Position numbers and translations under genes: made by a program. A stretch of 64,000 bases of DNA. Source: Nitrosopumilus sp. Lineage in GTDB: Archaea; Thermoproteota; Nitrososphaeria; Nitrososphaerales; Nitrosopumilaceae. This document shows, one piece after another, positions 21,955 through 33,589 of this stretch. Numbering within the stretch: the first letter of the stretch is position 1; each line of letters opens with the position of its first letter. The notes under the pieces were generated by a model, which was not told the DNA's origin, did no database searches, and worked only from the letters and a program-made list of their open reading frames with translations. The stretch lies in the NCBI GenBank assembly GCA_965224195.1, contig OZ245040.1, positions 1,312,001 to 1,376,000 on the forward strand. The letters are read 5' to 3'.

Positions 21955-22158
21955 ATGGTAAAGCCTAGCATTATTTATTATCAAATTGATTATGATGAAG
22001 ATTCTAAAATCTATACTGGTTATTGCTCAAGTATGAGACCAGTACGATTTTCAGACAAAGATGAATCCAAAGTAAAAGAACTAGTGGAAGATGGAATAGA
22101 TGTATATCTAGAGAAATATCCTAATTTCTCTGATAGTTTCAACTCAAAAGAGGTTTAA
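21955..22158 (+). CDS. HicB-like antitoxin
   Basis: YQIDYDEDSKIYTGYC......FSD.....VKELVEDGIDVYLE pattern. Confidence 0.6.
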   Translation: MVKPSIIYYQIDYDEDSKIYTGYCSSMRPVRFSDKDESKVKELVEDGIDVYLEKYPNFSDSFNSKEV

Positions 22159-22170
22159 TTATTTTGTGGA

Positions 22171-22421
22171 ATGAACAGCGTGTAGACTCCAAATCACGAT
22201 ATTTATCGTGTGAAAAAATCAATAAAAGTTTTTGAGAAATTAGGTTTTGGAATTACAGGTACTAAATCTGTTCTACTTTCTTTTTCAGATGAAAAAAAAT
22301 AGAAGATTTTATGCTGCCAAAAGCAGATGAGGGAGTATTATCAAAACACATTACCGATATTTTGGAAAAGATTGGTTTACTTATTGCCTACTTTGATTTT
22401 CTATATGATAGTACAGAATAA
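22171..22421 (+). pseudogene. Degraded HicA-like toxin
   Basis: IKVFEKLGF.ITGTK... and ...MLPK..EGVLSKHITDILEKIGL, with a stop and frameshift. Confidence 0.5.
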
Positions 22422-22610
22422 TTTACAAAACAAGAAACAGTAATTCAAAATGCGGCCAAGTCTGATCTACCTACACTTTCCAGGCAGAATTATCTACCGC
22501 AAACTTACCGGTTCCCAAAAATATGTACACTGTTCAATCTGCGGCGGTTTTGCCTTTTTTTAGGTACAAAATTTTGCTTATGGTGGATTGTCTGAATACG
22601 TATCAGAACC

Positions 22611-22811
22611 TTATTTTTCGTCTGCATGATTTTTAGGGTCTAAAATATACTCTACATCATCAGCTATCTGACGCGGAATAGCAGGCAGCGCAGTATCATG
22701 ACCTCTGAGGCCACTCCCCTTACTGCGTTGTATGTCCTCGATGGACAGTTGCAGTATTTCAAAGGCATCCTTCATTCTTTTCATCATTTCTTCGTATTCT
22801 GTGTGTATCAT
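22611..22811 (-). CDS. Hypothetical protein
   Basis: 66-aa ORF. Confidence 0.45.
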   Translation of the reverse strand: MIHTEYEEMMKRMKDAFEILQLSIEDIQRSKGSGLRGHDTALPAIPRQIADDVEYILDPKNHADEK

Positions 22812-22847
22812 TGTTTCAAAAAAATAAGGGTTAGGATGTTTTAAAAA

Positions 22848-23990
22848 TTAGACTATTCTATAGTAACCTGAGAAGTCTTCATTACCGGAGGTATCGGTTC
22901 CGGAAGATGGTTCGTAGGTTGTTTCAACTCCCCACAACAAAAGATTACCTGACTCTAAGCCACATACGCAGCTTTGATTATTGACATCAAATGCGCGGTT
23001 TATTACCACATCATTACATCTTTGTCCCTGTTGTGAAAGGTTCCTAACACCTATTTTTGCCTCCTCAAAGAATACATCAGTACATCCTATCCAGGCAGCC
23101 CATCCCATACTCTTTTCAGAAGTAAAGTCAGTTACCCATGATATGCTTGCACCTGAATTAGGTGCTGCAGTACCTATGCTACCTGCTCCACTGGAATACA
23201 TATGGACACTCCAATCATCACATTGTCTGTGGGATTTGTCAAAGGTAATTGTTGTACCTTCAAGAACTGCAGCAAAAAGGAATCTGGAGGAAGATTCTAT
23301 CTGAACTAATCAAAACAGCTCACAAGTACAGCAAGATTAACATGCAGAAAATATCAGTTGACTCATCAACAATCCACAATAAAAAAGGGGCGACGTAACC
23401 GGATATGACGGATTCAAGAAGATTCTAGGCACAAAGATACATGTTGCAGTAGAGCAAAATGGATTGCCAATATCAATTGTAATGAGTCCTGCAAATAAGC
23501 ATGACAGTACCAAATTCATTGACGTTATGGAAAACATTTCAGAATTCATAGATGATAAAATGGCTCAACAAATTATTTCAGTCTATGCAGACAAGGGTTA
23601 TGATGCTGCATACATTAGAAATTATTTGAGATGTAATGGAATTGGATGTTGTATTCCATACAAGAGTAATTCCAAATTTATCGTACCAAAAAAACATACA
23701 GAACAATACAGCAAGACAAGGTTTGTAGTGGAACGGTTCTTTGCATGGTTGAAAAATGGTTTGCACAGAACAAGAATTAGATATGAGAAGAATTGTGATA
23801 ACTATCTGGGATTTGTTTACTTGGCATGTATCATGATGTATTGGAGGGTTTTAGGATAAGTTGATAATCTGTCTCCACAAACATGAGGATCAGATTCCAC
23901 TCCGCCTTCATATCCAAAAGATTCCTGTACTCCAATGATTCCAACTAAAACTAGTAGAATTACTGCCCACACAAATCTGATTTCTCATAA
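22848..23990 (-). pseudogene. Secreted protein gene interrupted by an IS5 copy
   Basis: Signal peptide IRFVWAVILLVLVGIIGVQESFG...VCGDRL at about 23866-23985; C-terminal part at 22848-23256. Confidence 0.55.
23257..23865 (+). mobile_element. IS5-family element (two-ORF frameshift type), 5'-truncated
   Basis: LQQKGIW..ISVDSSTI, A6G4 slippery site at 23381-23390, GTKIHVAV, ADKGYD, RFVVERFFAWLK and IRYEK motifs. Confidence 0.9.
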
Positions 23991-24168
23991 GAACCTCATA
24001 AAGTTTTCTACTCTTGAGTTCCGTTATCTAATGTGGTAACCGTCTTGATGGCAATTGTCTTTAGTAGATAACAGTAATTTGATAAGCATAAGTTGATTTC
24101 TTTTTCCTGTTATCTCTGATGAGTATCTGAGATCGCGATCTATAAATCTTATGGATAAACTGTTCTTT

Positions 24169-25842
24169 CTATGGATTTGCAGTATTGATTGCACCTTGTG
24201 CTGCAGAACCTACAAGTGTTGCATATTTTGCTAATGCTCCTGATGTGTAGTTTGGTTTAGGTTTACTCCATGATTCTTTTCTTTTTGCCATCTCTTCTTC
24301 TGAAACATGAAGATCAATTGTGCTAGTTTCTGTATCGATTGTAATTTCATCCCCGTTTTTCACAAGAGCAATTGGTCCACCCACATATGCTTCTGGTGCA
24401 ACATGTCCTACCATGAATCCTCTAGTTCCTCCTGAAAACCTTCCATCAGTTACCATTGCAACTTTTTTACCTAAACCTTGACCTACAAGTGCTGCAGTAG
24501 TTGCAAGCATTTCTCGCATCCCTGGGCCGCCTTTTGGTCCTTCATATCTAATTACTACAACATCTCCTTCTTCTACATCTCCTTTGGCAACTGCATCAAA
24601 GGCATATTCTTCTCTATCGTACACTTTGGCTTTACCTGTAAATTTTGTCATCTCTACACCTGCTGTTTTAATTACTGCTCCATCTGGTGCAAGACTTCCT
24701 TTGAGTACTACTGCAGTTCCTACTGAATGCAGTGGATTCTCAATTGGTCGAATAATTGATTGTTCAGGTTCTGGAATATTCATAGCGTCAAGATTTTGTT
24801 GAATTGTTTTCCCAGTTACTGTAATACAATCTCCATTTAGTAATCCATTAGCCGCTAATTTTTTGAGAACAAATGGAATTCCGCCAATTTTATCCAGACT
24901 GTTCATTACATAATTTCCACCTGGTTTCATATCTGCAATATGAGGCGTCTTTTTTCTAATTCTTTCAAAATCGTCATATGTCAATTTGATTCCAGCTTCG
25001 TTGGCCATTGATAACAAATGTAAAATTCCATTTGTAGATCCTCCTACTGCATTTAGCATTACAATTGAATTTTCAAATGCTTCATACGTCATAATGTCTC
25101 TTGGTTTAATGTTTAATTCTAATAATTTGGCACATGCAGCACCTGTGTCATAAACCATTTTGCTTCTACGTTTATCTTCTGCTGGAGGACTAGCACTACC
25201 TGGCAAAGCTAATCCGATGGCTTCTGAAATTGATGCCATTGTATTTGCAGTAAACATTCCACCACATGATCCAGAACTAGGACATGCCGTATTTTCAATA
25301 TTTTTTAGCATCTCTAAAGAGATTTGACCTGAATCATATGCTCCAACTGCTTCGTAAACATCTACAACTGTTAGTTCCTTACCATCTAGAATTCCTGGCA
25401 TAATTGTTCCACCATACACAAAGACTGATGGCAAGTTCAATCTGGCCATGGCCATCATTGTACCTGGTAAACTTTTGTCACAACCTGCTATTCCAACAAT
25501 TCCATCATACTGGTGGGCTCTGACCATTAATTCAATAGAGTCTGCAATAACTTCACGAGAAATCAAAGAAGATTTCATTCCTTCATGACCCATAGCAATT
25601 CCATCACTAACTGCAATTGTTGAGAAAATTCTTGGGGTCGCTCCGTTTTCTGCAACTCCTCTTTTTGCATCTTCAGCTAATGCTGGTAGTAATATGTTAC
25701 AAGGAGTTGCCTCATTTCCTGTATGACAAACTCCAATGAATGGTTTACTGAGATCGTTATCGTCTAGTCCCATGGCCTTGTACATGGCTCTATGAGGAGA
25801 ACGGGCTGTTCCATCAACTACATTCTTACTAGAAATTTCCAT
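24169..25842 (-). CDS. ilvD: Dihydroxy-acid dehydratase
   Basis: [29 protein letters not shown] and TDGRFSG motifs. Confidence 0.97.
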   Translation of the reverse strand: MEISSKNVVDGTARSPHRAMYKAMGLDDNDLSKPFIGVCHTGNEATPCNILLPALAEDAKRGVAENGATPRIFSTIAVSDGIAMGHEGMKSSLISREVIADSIELMVRAHQYDGIVGIAGCDKSLPGTMMAMARLNLPSVFVYGGTIMPGILDGKELTVVDVYEAVGAYDSGQISLEMLKNIENTACPSSGSCGGMFTANTMASISEAIGLALPGSASPPAEDKRRSKMVYDTGAACAKLLELNIKPRDIMTYEAFENSIVMLNAVGGSTNGILHLLSMANEAGIKLTYDDFERIRKKTPHIADMKPGGNYVMNSLDKIGGIPFVLKKLAANGLLNGDCITVTGKTIQQNLDAMNIPEPEQSIIRPIENPLHSVGTAVVLKGSLAPDGAVIKTAGVEMTKFTGKAKVYDREEYAFDAVAKGDVEEGDVVVIRYEGPKGGPGMREMLATTAALVGQGLGKKVAMVTDGRFSGGTRGFMVGHVAPEAYVGGPIALVKNGDEITIDTETSTIDLHVSEEEMAKRKESWSKPKPNYTSGALAKYATLVGSAAQGAINTANP

Positions 25843-26213
25843 AATATGTCAAATTTGAATTGCTATAATTTAGACTTTCGTCAGATTGTCAAAGGGTATC
25901 GGTTTACATGAAATTGTGTTATTTTAGGCACAAATCTACTTTGAAAACTTAATTCACATCTAAACAATATGGAATAGATTGGTTTGTTTCAGATGTGATG
26001 GAAAAGGCGAGTACAAGAATCAATTTGGTATTATGGAAAAATGTGAGTCTTGTCAAAAAATGAGTATGAGTTTTGAAAAGGTGGATGCTGAAGCAGATTT
26101 AGATGAAGAAGGATATTGAGAAATTTTCAATAGAATGGCGTTACATAATTTACTGAGATTTTCTAATTGAGCACTTTCATTGAGTTTAAATTGTAAATAT
26201 TTTCAACATTTTC

Positions 26214-26414
26214 ATGGAACAAAAAGCACTAGAATGCCCAGTTTGTAAGAATAACAAAGCTGAGATTGCAGGAGATGACGTGAAACTTAGTGGACGATTT
26301 GAAGATAAGGAATTTCTTACAACAGAGTTGACTGTTCTAAGATGTTCTATGTGTGGATATTATATGATGTTTGACAAAACTGCTTCATCATTTACTACCA
26401 AAGATAAATCCTAA
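26214..26414 (+). CDS. Zinc-ribbon protein
   Basis: CPVC and CSMC motifs. Confidence 0.7.
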   Translation: MEQKALECPVCKNNKAEIAGDDVKLSGRFEDKEFLTTELTVLRCSMCGYYMMFDKTASSFTTKDKS

Positions 26415-26419
26415 AAAAT

Positions 26420-27028
26420 TTATTTGACTAGTTCTTGATTGTCTAATTGTAACAAGTATTCATCTATCTCTTCAGGAGTTTCAGCACCATATACAATTAA
26501 CACTCTATCACCTTCCATGATTTCGTATTCTCTAATATCTGGTACTTGTTCACTGTTTATGAAGAATTTTAATTCATAATCTTCGTTTGAACAGAATTGT
26601 TTTCCATCTGTGAATACATAACATTGATCATCAAGACCTATTGCTAGAGTTTCAAATAGATAACCTAGTTTAACTCCTGTTGCATGTTTGTGAATTGTTG
26701 TCCCATCATTACCTTCAAAATGAATCCAACTTGATTTGATTTGGAATGCCGGACTTGCAAATTCAAATGTATCACCAAATATTTTTACCAAAAGTGCTGC
26801 GTGTGAGTGTTCACTTCCTAATGCCCCTGCGCCATCTGGACCTCCAGGTGCAGTTTCAGTCATGTTGAGGAACACGTAGACTGAATATCCAACGATTACT
26901 GTAATTATAGCTAGAACCCCTATTGCGATAAGAGTTTCTTTTCTTTTTGCTGCAGAATGTTTTGTAGCGTAGTTTTCACGTTTTACTTCACGCTCTTTTC
27001 TTTCTTTTCGGCCCATAGTATAATTCAA
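26420..27028 (-). CDS. Conserved thaumarchaeal membrane-anchored protein
   Basis: Transmembrane segment plus EHSHA, WIHFE and IHKHA His-rich motifs. Confidence 0.8.
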   Translation of the reverse strand: MNYTMGRKERKEREVKRENYATKHSAAKRKETLIAIGVLAIITVIVGYSVYVFLNMTETAPGGPDGAGALGSEHSHAALLVKIFGDTFEFASPAFQIKSSWIHFEGNDGTTIHKHATGVKLGYLFETLAIGLDDQCYVFTDGKQFCSNEDYELKFFINSEQVPDIREYEIMEGDRVLIVYGAETPEEIDEYLLQLDNQELVK

Positions 27029-27378
27029 CTCGGAAATTTGCCCTAATTAACCATTCGTCACTTGTTTATTTCAAATTGAAGATATTGTATTGATTTTGAA
27101 TCTGTGAATATTTCTTGAAAAGAGTTAATGTTGATCGATACTGTTTTTGACTAGACTCTTTGTAATGATATTCCTACTAAAACACATGTGAATTGCAAAG
27201 AGGGATTTATTCATGATTTTGTGTGGTTTGAGATACTATCCTCAAAAAGATGTATGCATTGTGGAAAAGAAGAAAATTAGGCCATTGGGATTTACTTTCT
27301 ATAGTTAAGTTTTACACGCCTAAATCATATTAGTTTGAATTGAATAATAATAAATAAAATTACAAATCGCTGTTCTAT

Positions 27379-27783
27379 ATGGGATGTATTTTTTGTGATA
27401 TTTTGGACGGTAAACGCGATGGACATTTCTTGTATAAGGATGAATCACATGTTGCATTTTTAGATAAATATCCTATAGATGTGGGACACAGTTTGATAAT
27501 TCCAAGAAAACATCATGAAAGAATCACTGATATGGATTCTAAAGATGTTGGAAATGTATTTGCGATAGTTCCTAAAATTGCAAAGGCGATTTTAGATGCT
27601 ACAGGAGCTGATGCTTTTAGTCTTGGACAAAATAATGGACGTGCCGCAAAACAAATCATTCCTCATGTTCACATTCATATTATTCCAAGATATAATAGCA
27701 AGGGTACAGTGTGGACTAAACGCCAGATTTCTACTGATGCTGAACTTTTAGAATTGGCAAAAAAAATCCGTAGTCTTATTTAG
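27379..27783 (+). CDS. HIT family hydrolase
   Basis: CIFC and HVHIHII motifs. Confidence 0.95.
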   Translation: MGCIFCDILDGKRDGHFLYKDESHVAFLDKYPIDVGHSLIIPRKHHERITDMDSKDVGNVFAIVPKIAKAILDATGADAFSLGQNNGRAAKQIIPHVHIHIIPRYNSKGTVWTKRQISTDAELLELAKKIRSLI

Positions 27784-29056
27784 AATGACCTGGATTGTAT
27801 CTCAAAATAGCTCCAACTTTTCCTAAACTTGAAAGCATGTTTCCATGCTCTGCACTCCCAGAAACAACTTCTAACTGAGAACCAGCTTTTGATGATAGAA
27901 TTTGTAAATAATCTACAATATCTTGTTCGTTGACTTCAACATCCATAGTATTGCATCCTGGGCATGGTTTTGAAGAAAATTCCCTCTTTTTTGGAATTAC
28001 TAGTGGTCTTTCAACAATTTCTTCTTGGATATGTTGACAACGTTTGCATTTCCCCTCAACTCTGTGAAGATTTGTGTTATCAGTAATTAACAAAGTTTGA
28101 ACTACATTATTTTTTAGATACTCAATTACCTCTTGCAATCCGTAAGATCCTTTTCCGGTATTTGTATTAATTTCTCTAAACAAGTCTTCAACCATTTTCT
28201 TCTCTTCAACTAATCTGAAATTTCCTAAAATATCTGCAGATTTTGCAAAAGCTTCTCTGATACCCTCAGCTCCTGAATAGGATGCATCGATTGTATTGAT
28301 GATGTTATTTTGTAATCTATATTCTAGATAATTTCCATTTATGAAATCCTCTTTTGTAGGGCCTGGACCTGAAATGATTAATCCTTTTACTGGGTAAATA
28401 TCAATAAAATATTCTCTAGTAGTTTGTGCCACTCTGTTGTAAAAATAACTCAATTCCATCTCTCTTAGTTTTTGAAATCTTTTTGCAGACTGTCCACCTT
28501 GTCTGTGTTTACCTGCAACCCCTGAACCTGTCTGAGATAACACTTCAATTTTATCTCCATATAGTAATCCCCACCCTGCATCTTTTGCATCAATTGCTAA
28601 AAATCCAATTAGGTTGTCATCCTTTAACATGTCCTTTAGAATATCTACGTGGAAATGATCATCACATCTGTAAAGATATTGATTCAAATCTTTTGGGGGG
28701 TCTATCTCCCAAACTGTAACTATCTCACTTCCTAGAGGCCCACCTTCTTCTGGAGGTAATGCTCCACAAAACATAACCAGTCCTTTATCGGGGGTTTTTT
28801 TGTACATCTTTAGTCTTTGAACAACTTTACCTAGCGAATCAACAACATGTGATCTTGTTAAATCTGATTTGATATTATCTGCAGTTCCCTGCTCTTGTTG
28901 TAATGAATTGATAATTTCGTGTAGTTGCTTTCCTTTTGGAATATACACTGTGATTAGTTCAGTCCCTCTGCCTGATTTTTGAGATAACTCTTCTAAAGTT
29001 TTCCTGATTTTGTAAATTTTAACAGAATCTTGTTTTTCAATGTCAATCTTGGGCAT
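27776..29056 (-). CDS. prf1: Peptide chain release factor aRF1
   Basis: NIKS and GGQS motifs, YRCD. Confidence 0.97.
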   Translation of the reverse strand: MPKIDIEKQDSVKIYKIRKTLEELSQKSGRGTELITVYIPKGKQLHEIINSLQQEQGTADNIKSDLTRSHVVDSLGKVVQRLKMYKKTPDKGLVMFCGALPPEEGGPLGSEIVTVWEIDPPKDLNQYLYRCDDHFHVDILKDMLKDDNLIGFLAIDAKDAGWGLLYGDKIEVLSQTGSGVAGKHRQGGQSAKRFQKLREMELSYFYNRVAQTTREYFIDIYPVKGLIISGPGPTKEDFINGNYLEYRLQNNIINTIDASYSGAEGIREAFAKSADILGNFRLVEEKKMVEDLFREINTNTGKGSYGLQEVIEYLKNNVVQTLLITDNTNLHRVEGKCKRCQHIQEEIVERPLVIPKKREFSSKPCPGCNTMDVEVNEQDIVDYLQILSSKAGSQLEVVSGSAEHGNMLSSLGKVGAILRYNPGHSK

Positions 29057-29108
29057 TATGCTATGTCTCTAAATTGCGAATATATCTTTTTGATTAATTT
29101 TTCAAAAA

Positions 29109-29753
29109 TCATAATTCCGCAAATGTTTTTAGAAATACTTCTAAAGGTTGATTCCCTCGAATTTTAATAATTTTTTCTCCATTAAAGACCAAAAATGATG
29201 GCGTTGCATCAATTCCTATCTTTTTTCCAAACTCATGGATGGTTTTTACTTTGTTTTGGTATTTATAATCATCAAGACATTTGTTAAATTCATTTAAATC
29301 CAAATCCGCTGTATTTGCAAAATTTTCTAATGATTCTCTTGTAACCCAACCTGTTCTTTCTCCTCCCCAATTCTTGTACAATTCATCATGGTATTGCCAA
29401 TACTTTTCTTGGTCTTCTGCACAATACGATGCTTCTGCAGCAAGAAGTGAATCCGGACCATTTAGTGAAAAGTCTTTGAAAATTAATTTGACTTTACCTG
29501 TATTGATAAAATTTTCCTGAATTGTATTTAGAGTATTTTGATGAAATTTGTAACAAAATGTACATTGATAGTCTCCCTATTCTAAGATTGTAATTGGTGC
29601 ATTTGAATTGCCCATAATTGGGGAACCCCCATCAATCAAATTTGAGACTGTAAGTAAATTGGGCTCAGTTTCAGTTTCTGGATAAAATGCCAAAAACATT
29701 CCTGCAATTATTCCAATTAACACTGGAATGACTAGCACGTAAAATTGTACCAT
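29109..29753 (-). pseudogene. DsbA/thioredoxin-like oxidoreductase with premature TAG
   Basis: APITILE*GDYQCTFC with TAG at 29577-29579; GIDATPSF and GNQP motifs. Confidence 0.85.
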
Positions 29754-29799
29754 ATATGAACAAATTTTATTTCAAGTAAATATCTTGTCTAATTTTATT

Positions 29800-30678
29800 T
29801 TAAATCTGGTTTTCTAATACTGTCATTATTTCTGATAATTTTTTACTGAGTTCTTTTTCTTCCTGATTGATAGTAATCTTGTCTAATTTATCAAACACTT
29901 CTGTATTGTTAATCATATGTTCTAATACATCCAGTGAAAATGGTTTTTCAATTACTGCAATTGCTTTGTTTATCTTTGTCAATACTTCAAGTAATGTTTT
30001 TTCAAGATGTCCTGATGCAAATATAATCTTTTGACGAGGATTGATATTTAGAATTTCTACTGCATCTTGTAAACCTGTCATAAATGGCATTTTTTGATCT
30101 AGAATCACCACATCAAAATAATTCTCTTCCTAATTAGTTAATTTCTTGTAGATATTTACACATTTTTGTCCGTCAGTAGCAGTTGTAATTTCTTTTCCCT
30201 TTGTTTCTAAAAATATCTTGCAGAGTTTTAGAATATCTGTATCATCATCTGCAATTAATAATTTTAATGATTTTTTTTCTATTGATTTTTGCTGTTGGAT
30301 ATTATCCTCTCCGATTTTTAGCATTTCTAATTTTATTGGGTCTAGGATTTTTGATTCTGCAAGTCTCCCAAAAACACCTTCAGCTAATCCTGCAAATAAA
30401 TCATAATTTGTGATAATTTCTTCTTCATTTCTACCACTGATTTTTACCATGGTTTGCATGATTGACTTGTATCCACTGCCTTCATACAGATCAATTAGCT
30501 CTCCTTGAATGATCTCTGAAAGTTGTTTTTCATATCTTTTATTTGGAGAGTCTGTATTTGATGTGCCCATTTTTCTAATTTTATTAGGATTTTTTAGATC
30601 AAAAAGAATAGTATGTATGATCGAATACAAACAGATTTTGTAAAAATAATCTAATTTCTTTATAAATAATACAGTCAT
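29800..30678 (-). pseudogene. Response regulator split by in-frame TAG
   Basis: LIADDD...DGQ then TAG at 30130-30132; VILDQKMP and EKPF continue in the same frame. Confidence 0.8.
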
Positions 30679-30706
30679 CCAAGAGCTTAAATATATTCAG
30701 AGAAAC

Positions 30707-30943
30707 ATGTTTTTTATGTCTGAATCACAACAAATCAGTGTTTCAAAATCTGATGTTTCAAAATTAGCAATTCTAGCATTGGGCATCATCTTTGCAGTAG
30801 GATTGTTTGTTGTAGGATTTGATAATGGGCATATTATGAATTTTGTATTTGCTGAAGATGGCTCTACAGGTGGTATTGATCCCCTAGTCATTCATGAACT
30901 TACACACGATATGCGACATGCAGCAGGCTTTCCTTGCCATTAG
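30707..30943 (+). CDS. cbtB: Cobalt transporter subunit CbtB
   Basis: HELTHDMRHAAGFPCH C-terminus. Confidence 0.9.
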   Translation: MFFMSESQQISVSKSDVSKLAILALGIIFAVGLFVVGFDNGHIMNFVFAEDGSTGGIDPLVIHELTHDMRHAAGFPCH

Positions 30944-30952
30944 CTGTTTGAA

Positions 30953-31672
30953 TTGAAAACCATTCCTTTCATTGTAATTATTTTATTTTCAGGGGCATTA
31001 GCTGGATTAGTTCATGGAACTGTAAATTTTGCAATTGTAGAACCTTATCTTGATCAAGCAATTGGAATTGAAAATCATAATTTGTTTGAATCTGGTGAAG
31101 AGGAAGACACTCCTGAATTTTGGGTCGAATATGAGGGATATCGAATATGGCAAAAAAGTGGACAAATACTAGCTGGTATAATTTTAGGAATTTCGATGGG
31201 GGCACTCTTTGGAATTGTATTTGCATTATCTAAAAATTCACTTCCTGGAAATCATATTATAAAAAAATCTGTTTTGTTGGCAGGAATCATGTGGTTTTCT
31301 TTGTACATCATACCTTTTCTCAAATACCCTGCAAATCCTCCAACCGTTGGTGACAGTGAAACTATCATTCTTAGAGCAATTCTTTATCTTTCTTTTATTG
31401 CAATATCTGGAATAGGTGCATTGGTATTTTACAAACTGTCTAAGAAATTTAAAAATAGTAAAAAATTTATTTCTGTAATTGGATATGGTGTTTTCATTAG
31501 TGTAGTATTTTTTATAATGCCTGAAAATCCTGATGAAATTACTGCTCCGATGAATTTAGTAAATGAATTTAGATTGATGTCTATGCTAGGGGTTTCATCA
31601 TTTTGGATTTCAATAGGAGTAATTTTTGGACTATTTCTGAATCAATTCGATTCTGATAAAACAATTCAATAA
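30953..31672 (+). CDS. cbtA: Cobalt transporter subunit CbtA
   Basis: PFLKYPANPPTVG motif, several transmembrane segments, follows cbtB. Confidence 0.9.
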   Translation: MKTIPFIVIILFSGALAGLVHGTVNFAIVEPYLDQAIGIENHNLFESGEEEDTPEFWVEYEGYRIWQKSGQILAGIILGISMGALFGIVFALSKNSLPGNHIIKKSVLLAGIMWFSLYIIPFLKYPANPPTVGDSETIILRAILYLSFIAISGIGALVFYKLSKKFKNSKKFISVIGYGVFISVVFFIMPENPDEITAPMNLVNEFRLMSMLGVSSFWISIGVIFGLFLNQFDSDKTIQ

Positions 31673-31682
31673 TACAATATTT

Positions 31683-32033
31683 TTATGAATTTAATTTTGG
31701 GTTTGAAGTGTTTGAATACAAATTTAGGCTTGGCTCCAAATTATCCAAAGTAATTTCCACTTTTCCAATTCTACTTTGATACATTTTGATTTTTTTCCCT
31801 TCAGAAGATATTACATACTTGTCAACCTCTGCAAGGGCAAGCTCCTCCAAAGTAGACAATATCTTGTAAACTGTAGAAAGTGAAATTTTTAATTCATTAG
31901 CAATTTGTGTTGCATCTTTTGATTCATTTTTGACTGAAAACAACACGGATCTTGTACAAACATTGCTAAGGGATTCAACAATTCTTTGCGTAATGTCAAA
32001 TTCAGATAGTTGGATTATGGTTGGTTTTTGCAT
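31683..32033 (-). CDS. ArsR-like winged-helix regulator
   Basis: ATQIANELKISLSTVYKIL. Confidence 0.85.
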   Translation of the reverse strand: MQKPTIIQLSEFDITQRIVESLSNVCTRSVLFSVKNESKDATQIANELKISLSTVYKILSTLEELALAEVDKYVISSEGKKIKMYQSRIGKVEITLDNLEPSLNLYSNTSNPKLNS

Positions 32034-32041
32034 GATATACC

Positions 32042-32395
32042 TTAATTTGGAATTAATGTCAAAACCGGTTCTGGTTTTCTAATGGAGATATCGGCCTTGC
32101 TTATTCTACTTCGATACATTTTGTATTTCCTACCTTTGTCTGAAATCATCCATTTTTCTACTTTAATCAGTGTCAATTCCTCAAGATCATTCAATTTTTT
32201 ATACACCGAACTGAGAGGGATTTTTAATTTATCCGATAATTCAGCTGCAGTGTTGCCTTTTTTTATTATTGAAAATAATATTGCTCTTGATTCGGAATCA
32301 GCCAAGGATTCTATTACTTTTTGAGTGATATCATATTTTTTTAATTGTGGTAAAGTTAATTTTCTCGACATGTAAATACCAGAAATATTGTTCAT
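32042..32395 (-). CDS. ArsR-like winged-helix regulator, paralog of its neighbour
   Basis: AAELSDKLKIPLSSVYKKL. Confidence 0.85.
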   Translation of the reverse strand: MNNISGIYMSRKLTLPQLKKYDITQKVIESLADSESRAILFSIIKKGNTAAELSDKLKIPLSSVYKKLNDLEELTLIKVEKWMISDKGRKYKMYRSRISKADISIRKPEPVLTLIPN

Positions 32396-32500
32396 GTATT
32401 TAAACGGGATGTCATTATTCTCGTTCTATAGACTTAGAATGATATTTTAGAATGAAACCCTGATTTAAATAATTTAGCTTATCCTAACTTTTTGTAAATC

Positions 32501-33589
32501 ATGAAACGACAAATTACATTAACACTAATTGCTGTATTTGCAGTAATTGGTGTATTGTCTGTACCATTAACTCAGACAGCACAAGCAGAAAGCTTAGTCC
32601 CTGAATGGATTAAAACAAATGCTGGCTGGTGGGCTGATGGTGCTTTAGATGATGAAACTTTTCTTAATGGAATTAAGTTTCTGTTAGAAAATGGAGTTAT
32701 CGATGTTTCATCTGAATCAAACACTGCAATTACCGAAACTCTTACCATTGGATTTATTCCAGTTGAAAAAGCTGATGAATTAACTCCTAAAGCTCAAGCA
32801 CTAGAAACATTTCTAGAAAATGAACTGGGTGTAGATGTTGAAATTGTAGTACCAACAAACTATGAGACTATCATTGAAGGAATGAGATTTGGTCACATTG
32901 ATGCCGCTTTTATGGATACTGGTCCTGCATGGATTACCCATCAAAGAACTGGTGCAGAAGCTGTAATGGCTGAACTTGTTGCAGGTAAAGTAAATTACCA
33001 GGCGACTGTTTGGACATTGGCTGATAATGACTCAATTCAATCTTTGGAAGACACAGTTGGTAAAAAAGTAGCATTTACCAGTATTACAGGTTCTTCAGGT
33101 TTTGTTAGACCTATGGGAACTCTAGTTACTGATGGACACATTACAATTGAAGGTGATGATATTGTTGCATTGGAATCTGCATTGGCAAATAACTTTGAAA
33201 GTTATACCTTTGCTGGCGGTTACAAAGCTGCGTTAACACTACTTCTTGAGAATAAAGTTGATGTTGCATTTGGTTCAGATATTGCTCCACAAAAATATCT
33301 TGAATTAGAAGATCAAGTAAAATTACGTCCAGTTACTACAATTGGACCTGTACCATCACATGTTGTTATGGTAAGTTCAGACATGTCTGACTCTACTAAA
33401 GACGCACTAGTTGATGCATTGATTCAACTCAATTATGATGAAAATAATCATATTTTGACAGATTTGTATGGTGCAGAAGCTCTAGTTCCAACAACCACTA
33501 CTATGCACATTGGTGAATTTGGTGACTTTATTGATGCTTTAACAGGACTTGATCAGAAGATTCTTGACAAACATGACAAGAGCAAATAA
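32501..33589 (+). CDS. phnD: Phosphonate/phosphite ABC transporter substrate-binding protein
   Basis: Signal peptide, LTIGFIP, Y..IIEGMRFGHIDAA and SITGSSGF motifs; first gene of a D-C-E operon. Confidence 0.88.
   Translation: MKRQITLTLIAVFAVIGVLSVPLTQTAQAESLVPEWIKTNAGWWADGALDDETFLNGIKFLLENGVIDVSSESNTAITETLTIGFIPVEKADELTPKAQALETFLENELGVDVEIVVPTNYETIIEGMRFGHIDAAFMDTGPAWITHQRTGAEAVMAELVAGKVNYQATVWTLADNDSIQSLEDTVGKKVAFTSITGSSGFVRPMGTLVTDGHITIEGDDIVALESALANNFESYTFAGGYKAALTLLLENKVDVAFGSDIAPQKYLELEDQVKLRPVTTIGPVPSHVVMVSSDMSDSTKDALVDALIQLNYDENNHILTDLYGAEALVPTTTTMHIGEFGDFIDALTGLDQKILDKHDKSK

Larger units (their letters stand above)
21816..22520. mobile_element. Cassette bounded by 56-bp inverted repeats (21816-21871 and 22465-22520), no transposase inside
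   Basis: GGAACTAGTAAGTTTGCGGTAGATAATTCTGCCTGGAAAGTGTCGGTAGAT matches the reverse complement of the right end; 4 mismatches over 56 bp. Confidence 0.8.

Noticed and set aside
22981-23304. 107-aa plus-strand ORF as IS5 orfA
   Set aside because: It has no transposase motifs and is mostly antisense to the interrupted secreted gene; true orfA residues start near 23257 in another frame.
30660-30715. Cobalamin riboswitch upstream of cbtBA
   Set aside because: The region is short and AT-rich with no B12-box or plausible structure.
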